Assembly (NCBI RefSeq): GCF_009914755.1
Contig: NC_060925.1
Source: the human T2T-CHM13v2.0 reference genome, Homo sapiens
DNA: 64,000 nt
Direction: 5' to 3' (one strand)
Below the pieces are notes generated by a model. The model was not told where the DNA came from and made no database searches. It saw only the letters and a list, made by a program, of their open reading frames with translations. Positions within the stretch are counted from its first letter, which is position 1. Each line of letters begins with the position of its first letter. This document shows positions 14,761 through 26,534 of the stretch, one piece after another. Position numbers and translations under genes: made by a program.

Positions 14761-15379
14761 TTGTATTTTTTATGAATAACAGCTTGTGTATACACAGTGA
14801 CAGATACTTGTACTATAAAATTAGTGCACAAGAAAACAACTGTTGTTTTTTCTTATATTTGGACATGTTTCTTGTGTTTTATCCCTCCATGACAGATCCC
14901 ATCTGCTTTCCTGTGAATTAAAATTATAGATTTTTTTTTTGCAAAGCCAGTATACAGTTAGAGAACATACATTGAGGATACATTTAAATTTAAATTTAGA
15001 TAATCCAAATCTGATTTCCTTCCAGCTCCTGGAAGCTGTCAAGACATGTGGCAAATTTCTTGTGTAACCTCTGCTTTGAAATAGCCCTTGGAAAGTACTA
15101 CATAAGGTGGGAAGTGGGCCTGTCTGGTAAGATGTTCCACAGGACTCAAAAGAGCATCAGCTAAGATGATATGGAATGATCATGGTCACTGAGAATATTA
15201 CCACTCTAAGGGACCCAATCAGTCTAAAGAATTCTTTCTCTTTCTCAATGCCTGGTCTCCTTCCTTACCCTTCCCTTTTCTACTCTCTTCTTTCCTTCTT
15301 TTACGGCTCTCATTTCCATCCTATCATGTTTTCATGATTATCCTGTCTTCTCTTTTCACTCCCTTTAGACCTTCATGGT

Positions 15380-15600
15380 GAGTGGCAAGAACCAGGGATT
15401 AGAATAAAGTCTTTATCACTTATTAGCAATGTGACTTGGATAAATTCACCTCTCTGAGTCTCAGTTTCTTGACCTGCAAATGGGAATAGTGCTTTCTCTC
15501 TAACAGGGATTATGTGAGTAACAAATAAGATAATACATGTAAAACACCTAGCTCAGTGCCTGGCATATTGTGCTCAAAACTAGTAGTTGATGATATTATT
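15380..15600 (-). mobile_element. MIR
   Basis: ctctctgagtctcagtttcttgacctgcaaatgggaata...gtaaaacacctagctcagtgcctggca. Confidence 0.8.
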
Positions 15601-16129
15601 ATTTTGCCCTAAATTAACTCAGTCCTTTGTTTGGATTTTGGCTACCTTTCAAAAACAAGTAAAAGATAAAAAATACAATTTTCTGTATTAAATAAAACAT
15701 CTTTTAAGTTCAGTTTTCCTTTTGTTCTTGCAAAATCTCCCTCAAACCTAAACTACTAAAAGAACTCCCAAAAAACCCAAAACTCTCCCTAATATAAAAC
15801 AAAACAAAAATAAAGCCTTATATAGTTTTACTAGGAAGCTATATTCATAATAACTTGTTATAGCACTGTTAGTTTAATACTCTTTATTTCAGGGCAATAT
15901 TTTCCAGTTGACCCTTTCCAAAATTGACTTTTGCTGTTTATTTTCAGTAATGCCCCTTTTGAATGTTTCACATCTTCGTTCTAAATGTTGTGAATGTGCT
16001 TGTGGGGCCTGGTGAACAGTTCTGAGCTATGGCTCCTTAAAGAATATGCACCAATCTGTTAGCCAAGCTGCTTTCCTTCAGCTGTTTCTGCTGCTAGATA
16101 CTATGAAATAAATGTGGCCCTCAAAGTTG

Positions 16130-16690
16130 GCCTGTCTGTGGCTGACATGTCTCAGTCAACCACAGTTCTGCCATGTGCTAGAAGCTGTGCTATCACCAAT
16201 GTCACCACTATGTTTTCAATGCCTGCTTAAGTTGTCCTGGTTTCTTTGTAACTCATCACATTACAGGAGCTTTAAAATTATAGAATCATTCTACCCCTAC
16301 ACTTGTCTAGCTCCAGAGAGTTGAACAGTAGCAACATAGCTTTGTTGGTAGTGAGATGGTTTCATCTCCCAACTTTTTGCTGATTTTGTTTTGCCTTTTA
16401 ATGTTGAGTGTGACATGTAGATAATGCTGAGGAAGCTGTTCAAGAAGCTGTCTTGGCACATCAAGGCACAGATGGCTTGGAACTTGCTGATGCATCAAAA
16501 TCACTATATTGTCTGAGGTCATATTCAAAAGGCCACATTTTATTTCTTTATGCTACTTTAAACTTCTTTGTTAATCAGCACATCTTTGGTCACTGTGGCC
16601 ACTTGCTAGTACACTTGGCTGATTTTATGACATTGCTTAATGTTGTATCACATTTTCACACATATTTTGTCATGTGAATAACATCTCAGT
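16130..16690 (-). mobile_element. Ancient RTE-clade LINE remnant (L4-like), RT C-terminal region
   Basis: Minus-strand translation TKDVLINKEV...RQLLEQLPQHYLHVTLNIKRQNKIS resembles the RTE pattern 'D..ID.EI..RI...LE.FHQRCLR.IL.I.WQD.V.N'. Confidence 0.6.
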
Positions 16691-17353
16691 TCAACAAATA
16701 TTTGGTGGATGTCAACTTTTTTTTTTTTTTTTTCAAATCAGGCTACAATTCTTTTTTTTAAGCCACAGCCCTTGCTTGCCTCTGTGAAATTAATCTAGTG
16801 GAACAGATACACCTTCTGAATATATAGTGACAATAAAATGGAATATTTGTTGTGATGCTCACAATAACTCCAAAAAGAAGAAAGGGTAGATATTAGTATA
16901 CCCATTTTATATATGAGTAAACTGAGGCTAAGGGAGGTTGACTGACTTGCCGAGTCAAGCCTCCGGAGCCCATCCTCATTTTCACTTCACTGTATGATTA
17001 AGATTCTCCTGAGGTCTCATCATAGAGTGCAGCCCACATCAGAATTGGAGCCCATGCCTTCTGCCTTCCAATTCTGTACATTTAAGTCCACTGGATATTG
17101 TAAGATCCTGTGCCAAGGTGACTTTGTATTCCATGATCTCTTCATATCAGAGATAAATGAAATTTCTGTATATTAGGGCCTTAGGATGTTAAGTTATAGA
17201 GTGATTAAGAACACTAAGTAATATGAACAGAATATATAAACCACACCAACCTGTTTCACCAAGAAAAACCTGCATATTCATTACTACCCTTTGATTTGGA
17301 GATGCCTTAGGTTTGTTCAGTGGTTCATTCCTAAATTTGTCCATATGTGCTGA

Positions 17354-17749
<396 letters not shown>

Positions 17750-17819
17750 TAAAAACATATTGGGATCCTCTTCTATATTCTAATTTTAGGACAAAGCTCT
17801 CAGAAGGAATTTAGTTAGC

Positions 17820-18070
17820 AATGGTAACAGCAAACATTTATATAGTCTTCCTATGTGCCAGGCACTCTACTATGAACTCATATTAACCTTATTTAACTTT
17901 TACAACCTGATGAAGCAAGTACAAGAATGATTTGTTTTACAGATGAGAAAACTGGGGCAGAGTAAGTAAATTTGATCAAAGTCTCATAGCAAGTAAGCAG
18001 AGAGCTGAGATTTCAACTTAGCTTTGCTCTTAAGTTTGTGTTATTCTTTCCTACACAATATTGTTACTAA
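17820..18070 (+). mobile_element. MIR
   Basis: ctatgtgccaggcact...ttttacagatgagaaaactggggcagag. Confidence 0.8.
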
Positions 18071-18502
18071 CCAACAAATTTAGGTATCTACAATGAAATC
18101 GAGTGACTGTGAGGAGCTACAGTACTCTCCAAAACAGATTATGTTCACTATTATTTATTTATTGAACAAAAATGTGGACTCAGACATTCTGGAGAAATGG
18201 AAGGATAGAGGCTACAAATTGCAGCAGTCTGAACTTGCATTTGGTTTCTAAACAGTCTAAATTTTGCTTTTCTAAGCATACACAAACTAAGGCTAATAAA
18301 TTTTGGGAGCCACTACTTTCTCATCAGAGTATGAGGAGGAGTTAGTTATTTGTGTAAAAATCTTTAGGTAGTCAACAGTGTATTTTAAATAGTGAGGTTA
18401 CCAAAGCATATGGATATGCAGACACACTCCAAACCAAGACATTATATACACTCCAAACAAAAGTGATGAATTTAGAGAGATGAGAAGGGTTTCTACCACA
18501 CT

Positions 18503-18955
18503 AGGTAGTAGGTAGAATTCTAAAATGGTGCCCATGATTGCTGCCCCCTTGATGTACATGTCCTGTATAAATCTCTCCCCCTTTGAGTGTGAGTAGGACC
18601 TGTAAATATGATGAAGATATCATATCTGTGATTGGTTACTTTACATAGCACAAGTAAAGAAATTTTGCAGGTGTAAAGTATCTACTTAGATGACTTGAGT
18701 TAATCAAAGGGAGATTACCCTGGGTGGGCTTGACCTAAGGAGAACCCTTAAACGTGGGTTTAAAGGTTAGAGACAAAGAAGTCAGAGAGATGTTCTGATC
18801 TTCTGTTTTGAAGAATGTAAACATCCATGTTGTGAATTGCCTGAAGAGGGCCTACAGGGTGGCCTCTGGGAACTGAGAGCAATTCTCGGCTGATAGCTGG
18901 TAAAAAAAAAAAAAACAAAACAACCAACAAATCAAATGGGAGCCTTAGTCCTACA
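18503..18955 (+). mobile_element. MLT1E-like MaLR LTR (3' truncated)
   Basis: ggtagaattctaaaatgg...ttgagtgtgagtaggacctgt...gagttaatcaaagggagattaccctgggtgggcttgaccta. Confidence 0.8.
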
Positions 18956-19873
18956 AAAATGGTCAACAGAACTGGAAATTATTTAATCACGATAATCTTT
19001 AAAAGTTATCAAAGTCAAATAAATATTAACCCTGTGATTATTCAGAGAACTCATGATTTTATCAAATGGTCAATACGTGTTAAAGTTTTATAACCATTTA
19101 GCTCATTTTCCCTCTTATTGAACTTTTGTTATAACTTTTACATGAATAAGATCTCTTGAAACATTTCCCACAGACTGTTACATACCCATTTCATTTTTTC
19201 CCATTGATTTCTTGGATTTCCAAACATATGGGTTTATTTCTAGTGGAAACTGCTAAAAATTAACCAAGATATTTAGCATTTTGGTTTCCATATTAGTAAA
19301 CGGAGGGCACAAAGCTTAAAAATGAGGTCATTTCCGGCTCTAGACTTCTAAAAGTTGCAGTCTCAGAAAAAATTTTGGCATTCATAAATATGACTCTAAC
19401 TGTAATCCTATTTTCCTCCCATAGAATTTACTGAAAATACCCCAGATGGTTACTCATGAGTAAAGTATTCTGGTGTTTAACCAAATCCAATCAGAGGCAA
19501 GAGGCTGGATATATGAATGCAGACAAGATAGGGCAAACCTAAAAGTGGATTAAAAAAACTCCAGAAAGATGGGAATCCTCAGAGGCAAACAGAAGATTCC
19601 AATGCAGTGGGAAACAAAGAGTGTGTCAACTCAACACTAACTTATGATACTTATATTTTATTTTTTTGGAAGAACCCATCACACAGTTTCTCCAAGGATG
19701 CTAATTACTTGCCAGTAGTGAGATAAGTATATGACACAGAGAATCTACAATGCTTTTCCTATAAGAGAGACGTCAGGCTCTGCTTATTTGCCAACCTTTG
19801 TGTGTTTTCTTATTTATATTCACATGCAGTATAGTAGATTTCATCAACTTTGGGTTCATTCCCTAAGTTGGAC

Positions 19874-19988
19874 TGAGCTGTTAAATCCAACCCTAGAGCC
19901 CTGGAGTTCTTGATATATGAGATTTTTCATTTCCCAAACCAATCTGAGTTGAGTTTTCTGTTAGCTGCACCTAAAAATAACTCATTTA
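19874..19988 (+). repeat. Local direct duplicate of the MLT1 3' end at 20658-20767
   Basis: aaatccaaccctagagccctggagttctt...ttttctgttagctgca...taactcattta is present at both sites. Confidence 0.9.
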
Positions 19989-20404
19989 TTCCCATGATCG
20001 ATCTTAACCTGAAAAAGAAGGATCTAACAAGCTCCAGGCCGATGCTCTGAGACACAGGGTCAAGTCATTCTTTCTGCTTTGTCCTACTCCTGACCATATA
20101 CCTGGGTGCTGCTTTGGTTCTTTTCCCTGAAGTCCTGTTCTAGTTACCTATCCCATTCCCTTCCTATGAGTAGGGTCCTGCTATGCGCTCTGAGGATTTG
20201 AGTAGATGGGCTTCCCCAGGTGATCCCTGTTATCTTTATCTCCTCAACACACAATCAGTATCAACAAGGTTTGAGGAACCTCTTAACCACTCATAACACT
20301 ATCATTAATAATAAATACAATTTATTAAGCTCTTTCTAAGTGCCAAGCATTGTGCTAAGTGATTTTGCATGGATTATGTCATTTAATTATCACCATATTC
20401 CTTA

Positions 20405-20775
20405 AGGTACCTCCCAGTCTAAATCAGGCATGGCAGTTCTGTCTCTTATGCCAGGGTCTGGTGCAAGTGACCCAATATTGGCCACTGAGGGGGTGTCTGT
20501 TGAGAGGTTCCTGGAGCCATAGAAAGAAACATAATTCCTCTTCTTCCCTTGGACATTGTTCTGTATAGATGTTGTACCTGGAACTGGTGAGAACACATCC
20601 ATCATCAAATATGGCAGGGCAGAGAGAGGGAAGCAATTTGAGCCTTTGATGACATTTTGAGCTGCCAAATCCAACCCTAGAGCCCTGGAGTTCTTAATAT
20701 ATAAGATTTTTCATTTTATTAACCAATTTGAGTTTTCTGTTAGCTGCAGCTAAAAGTAACTCATTTAGGTATACA
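20405..20775 (+). mobile_element. Old MLT1 (I/J-like) LTR
   Basis: ttggacattgtt...cctggaactg...ggcagggcagagaga...gagcctttgatgacattttgagctg; typical 3' end. Confidence 0.7.
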
Positions 20776-21239
20776 ACAAAATTGACAAGTAGTATCCAAA
20801 GAGTCAGTAATAACAGGCCACTTTATCAAACTGATTAAATTCTGATACAGAAACAACTATTAATGGAGGATTTTTTTCTGTTTATAGGAATGCACCATGC
20901 TATTTATAACCACTTACAACACTAAGACCATCCTGCCTATAGAAGACAGTAGATTGTCAAACTAAAAGCATCCCAGGATTATGTTAGTTTATAAAGCACA
21001 ATTGTTGCAGCTCTGTATATCAGAGCTGGAATTAATATTTCAACACTCTTCATCTCTGAACCAGTGCTCAGATCCAAAGGGCATATAGCATCTAGGAAGA
21101 TTAGACAGAAATGTGGAAGGCAAACCCACGGAGCCAGGAGAAATAAAAAGCACTCTGGACAAAACTAGGAAAGACCCTTTTCATTATCTGGAGAATACAC
21201 TGAGAAAGTTCCAGAGGTTCAAAGGTCCCTCCATAACGA

Positions 21240-21450
21240 TGTCACTACAAGACAGTTTCCCGGAAGAAGGCTGGAAGTGACATTTAGCTTTCTAAATGAA
21301 AAACAAGGCAGGAGCTCTGCTGCTCTTGTCAGCTCTCTTGATATATAATGTACTAATTCAAGCGGTTCAATTCCTTGTTGACGATAATGATACAATACAT
21401 GTATTGAGTACTTAAAAGCCACTGACGTTCTGTCTGCAGGGGGCAAATAA
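21240..21450. promoter_or_regulatory. Candidate enhancer: GAS/STAT site TTCCCGGAA (21257-21265), CRE half-site and CTCF-like motif
   Basis: Motif matches in non-repetitive sequence with locally retained CpGs; motif evidence only. Confidence 0.3.
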
Positions 21451-21804
21451 AAATATGATTTATCACCAAATACCAAATTAAAATAAGTGTCAGCTGCCAA
21501 AAGACCTGCAAAATTTAGTAGGCTAAAAACCAGGGAACTGACAAGTTTATAAAATTCTAAACTAATTTTCCTGAATGTTGAGAAGCATAAAAATTTGCTG
21601 TGCACATGATCCAAAATAAGCACCAGAAATAGTACTCGAAGTGTTCATAATTTTCTGTGAATTCAGAGGAATCGCATGCTGCCAGACACAAACAGATTAA
21701 TGTATGGGAAATATTTTGTATGTTCAGTATACAATTTATACATTGCAGGCATTAAGCTGCCCTAAAAGCCATCCAGCATATCCCTGCTCCCAGCCCAAAT
21801 GTAG

Positions 21805-22107
<303 letters not shown>

Positions 22108-22399
22108 TAGTTGACTCTCTGTATATGTTTACTGAATGAACAGCTGAACAACTTTGTAAGTCAGACAGAATTTCTGGAAATGTTATAAACAAGTATACGG
22201 CAAAAATATCCACCTTGTTTAGACAGGGCATAGCCACGGCAAGAGCCATACAACCTCTGTGACCTCTTTTAAACAACTCTTACGACATTTCAAGGGTGGG
22301 AAGATTCATCTTTATTTCTAAAAACCCGCAGGTGAGAAAACTACCGTTGGCCTATTTGTCCCAATAATCACTAACCGCCACTCATCTCCAGTAATTCTG

Positions 22400-23760
22400 T
22401 TCATTTGCTTAGTCATTCAACAAACATTTATTCAGCATTTTCAATATACCTGGCACTATTCTAGGTTCCAAGAATACATCAGCGAAGAGAGAAGAGCCCT
22501 GTGTATATTCTGGTGAGGATATGGAGAGATAGGCAATAAATAATAAACATTAAAAATATTAGTGGTAAGTGCTATGCAGTTATTTAATTCAGGAGATGTG
22601 ATATAAAATGGCTAGGGTAGTTACTGTAGTTTGGAAGGTCAGGAACAGCCTTTCTGAAAGTGTGACATTTGTGCTGATATCTGAGTGACCAAAAGGACCA
22701 ACTCTGTTGCCCATAGGAAGAATGTTCCAACAAGAGCCAGTGCAAAGGCCCTAAGGTGGGAACAAGCTTAACTTGTTCAAGGAACAGGAAGACAGCTAGC
22801 ACAGTGCTAAAATGAAGAGGGCAAGTGTTATGGGCTATGTGTCTCCTCAAGATTCATATGTTGAAAACTCCCAGGGCTTAAGAATGTGACTGCCTTTAGA
22901 GATGGGGTCTTTAGAGAGATAATCAGGTTAAAATGAGGTCATTAGGATGGGCCCTAATCCATTATGACTGGTGTCCTTATAAGAAGAGCAGACTAGGATA
23001 AAGAGACATAGATGAAAGGCCATGTGAAGACACAGATGGCCATCTGCAAGCCAGGCAGAGGCCTCAGAAGAAACCAACCCTTCCAATACCTTGATATCAG
23101 ACTGCTAGCCTCCAGCATTGTGAGAAAATATATCTCTGTTATTTAAGATGTCCAGTCAGTGGTACTAGCAAACTAATATGGCATTTTACCAGATAAAGCT
23201 GGGGTTGCCAGATGGGGTTAGCTGAACTTGGTAAACTCACATAAAGAATTGGAATTTTAAGTATTATTGGAAGTCACTGGAGAGTCTGCAGGAAGGGAGT
23301 GATATAATTTAATTTACAAATTCTGGATAGCTGCTTTGTGGAAAATGGATTGGAAGGCACAAATGGAAACAGGGAACTTAGTTAAAAAGCAACTGCAGTA
23401 GTCCAGGTGAAAGAAAATGGTGGTGAGCACAAGTGTGGTGACAGTGGAGACAAAGAAAGTGCTGAATTTGGAATGTGTTCTGGAGGGTGGACGGAAGTTG
23501 GTGGATTGGATGTGGGGGTGAAGGAAAGGAAGGGCCCAGGGTGACTTTTAGATTTTTATCTTGAGCAATTGAGTGGATAGGTGTACTTATTTCTAATATG
23601 AAAAATTCCAGGGAGAGGAGCAAGGCTGGAGAGAAAAAATTGAAGAACTGTGTGGCCATGCTGAGTTTGAAATGACTTCTAGATATTCAGATGGAGAGAT
23701 CAAGGGGAGTAGTCAGAACCAGAAATAAAAATTGGGAGTCAATGATACAAAAAGTTACTT
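22400..23760 (-). mobile_element. L2 LINE, interrupted by an MLT1 LTR
   Basis: cattcaacaaacatttatt 3' end; tgcaaaggccctaaggtgggaacaagctt; gcagtagtccaggtga. Confidence 0.85.
22826..23180 (+). mobile_element. MLT1A/B-like LTR
   Basis: tgttatgggct...gaggtcattaggatgggccctaatcc...tgactggtgtccttataagaagag...aaactaata. Confidence 0.88.
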
Positions 23761-24148
23761 AAATCTAAGAGATATCAGAAGAGCTAACTCAAACCATGAT
23801 CTGCAGGAAGTGATGTGAGGAAACTTGCCTTGTCCATTAATATTAACAATACTATTCTAACAAAAAGACTCCAGGAGACATTGCTCATTCATTACTGTTG
23901 CGAAGTTTGGTAGCTGTTTGCAGCAATGGATGCAAAAATCCCCCTTTGGCAGGAAGAGCTACTTAACGTACATTCATTATGATTGCACCAATGCCATCTA
24001 GATCAAAGGTCTGGAAACAAATAAATGGATTGTAATGAACTTTCCAGAGGTAACAGGTAGTGAAGTCATCAAGTGCTACTTCTTGCCACTTGCTTGTACA
24101 TTTTCTTGTTAAATTCAGTTTTGTAGATGCTATAAAACATAGCAGTAA

Positions 24149-24323
24149 AGCTGGGCACAGCAGCACATGTCTGAAGCCTCACTACTTGGGAGGCTGAGGT
24201 AGGGAGATCCTTTGAGGCCAGGAGTTTGAGGCTGCAGTGCACTATGTTCACACCTGTGAATAGCCACTGCACTCCAGCCTGGGCAACACAGTAATACTCT
24301 ACCTCAAACAACAACAAAAAACA
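24149..24323 (+). mobile_element. FAM (fossil Alu monomer)
   Basis: Monomer retaining the 7SL-like cacctgtgaatagccactgcactccagcc. Confidence 0.88.
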
Positions 24324-26133
24324 ACCATACCAGTAGCATAAGATTTTATTATTTCAGAAATCAATTTTGAAATTATGATCACTTGAATTGGAGACAAGCT
24401 GAAGTGCATTAAGCAAATCAATAGTGTAGGCAAGGCTATATAGCAAGAACAACTTTCAAACACATTTCAGATCAGTCAGTCCAAAATACATTCACACTGT
24501 ATAGCACCATAGGACTAAATGAAAGTTTGCTGTGCTAATTAAAACACATTCATATTCACTTATTCAAGTAGGTCCCCTAAATATCTGAACTGAGAAACAC
24601 TTCATTAGTATATCCTCAATGATTGCTGCATAAGTAAGGCTGCATTTCTTTTAAAAATATTGTATTTGCTAATTTTTCACCAATTGTGGAGCTTTCTCAA
24701 CAGCTGGTACAAGTTGGTGCTTTTTTGACTGTTCTACATTGCCCTGGGTTTGAGCATGATATGCAAGATGGTTTTTGGAACACTGGGATGATTTCTGGGG
24801 GGGAATTTTGCTGCTTTTTTTTTCCTTCCTAGTCCTTAGCTTTTTTGTGTGTTATTAAAGCCTTCATTAGAGATGGTTGTGAAAGGCCCTAGTCAGGATA
24901 AGCAGAGTGCATAGTAATTAATTCTGAGAAGCTGCCTTCTGATTCCAGGCTGAAGCATGGCAAATGATTTTGTAAATATTCACCCTTTGTCATATGTTCA
25001 TACATTTGCTTCTCTGGGAACTTGTTTAAAATATGTTAGTGAAAAAACACCAGCTGAGTATTTGGATGCTTATAAATATTAAGTAAAGGCTCATTTCCAA
25101 CCATAGTTGTACAAAATGGCTAGTTTCAAGAAATTGTCCTAGGTTTTGATAACTGTCCGTGTTCTAACATTGTGTTAAAAAATAGTGAATTTTTCTTCAC
25201 TATTATCAAATCTGGGCATCCTCAGCTGGAAAAGACTGGAACAGTTCAATAGTATTTTCCTAATAGAAACATTCCGGTCAATATTCTACCAAGGAAAACT
25301 AATTATCATCTAGCTAATGAGTTTTGCCTTTCCTAAATTACTTTAAAAAATATGGTAAGCCATATTTTTCTTGCCATTATAGTTTTTTTCTCCTTTTAAA
25401 AAAGTTATTTTTTACTTCTAATTTATCACTAAATATTAACTAATTTTTAAGTAAAACACTCATTGGAGGAATAACCATTAGGAATATAACACAGAAGGTA
25501 CTTCATATCTGGTTTTGAGTAATACTCAAAGTACAATAACCTCAACACCATCTAGATTCTCTTCCTATGAGGCAGAGTATAATGAAATTAGATTCTCATA
25601 AATGTCATTGCCCCCTATTTACTGTCGTTTTCCTTGAACCAAGGCAGAGCTGGCTAGGATCCATTGTCTCTCAAGCAGATTTATTATAGATCGGGTGCAT
25701 TCCATTTCAGAACAGGAATGTGCGTGTTATGAAATGTACAAAGCCTACAGTTGAACAAAGCACACAATCTGTCGGCAAAAAACCACTATTAGTTTAATAG
25801 TGGGTATAGTTAGTAAAATTTTTCTGATGTATCTTAACTAAATTTAATATTACATAAGTTGATATTCAAATCTTGAAATAAGTCCCTAGTGAACACAGTT
25901 CTGTTTATGCTGTCAAAACTAAATGCATTTCAGTATTATGCAAATATATAAGTGAAGTATTTCTTATTGACGTTATATAGTTAGCTAGATTTTTCTTGTT
26001 GCTTCACTTCCTCCTGGATAGTACCACAGGAACTTTGAAAAGTAAATTAACTCTTTCAGGTCTTCAGGGCACAATGTAACATACTTTAGTGCTCAATGTC
26101 ATTTAGAATCTGTGCAGTGAACTAAAGAGTATC

Positions 26134-26534
26134 TGATATGGTTTGGCTCTGTGTTCCCAACCAAATCTCATCTCAAATTGTAATCTCCATGTCCCACATA
26201 TCAAAGGAGGGACCTGTTATCTCCAAGCATTGAGGGAGGGAGATGATTGGATCATGGGGGTGGTTTCCCCCATGCTTTTCTCGTGACAATGAGTGAGTTC
26301 TCACGAGATCTGATGGTTTTATAAGTGTTTAACAGTTCCTCCTTCACACACTCTCTCTCTTTCCTGTTACCTTGTGAAGAAGATACTTGCTTCTCCTTAG
26401 CCTTCTGCCATGATTTCAAATTGCCTGAGACCTCCCCAGTCATGCGGAACTGTGAATCAAATAAATCTCTTTCCTGTATAAATTACCCAGTCTTGGGTAG
26501 TATCTTTATAGCAGTGTGAAAATAGACTAATACA
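26134..26534 (+). mobile_element. THE1D/MSTA-like solo LTR
   Basis: TG...CA termini (tgatatggtttggct...gactaataca) with a perfect 5-bp TSD GTATC. Confidence 0.93.

Noticed and set aside
21219-21623. 134-aa minus-strand ORF in unique DNA
   Set aside because: Non-ATG start, no recognisable domain, no flanking splice sites; compatible with chance.
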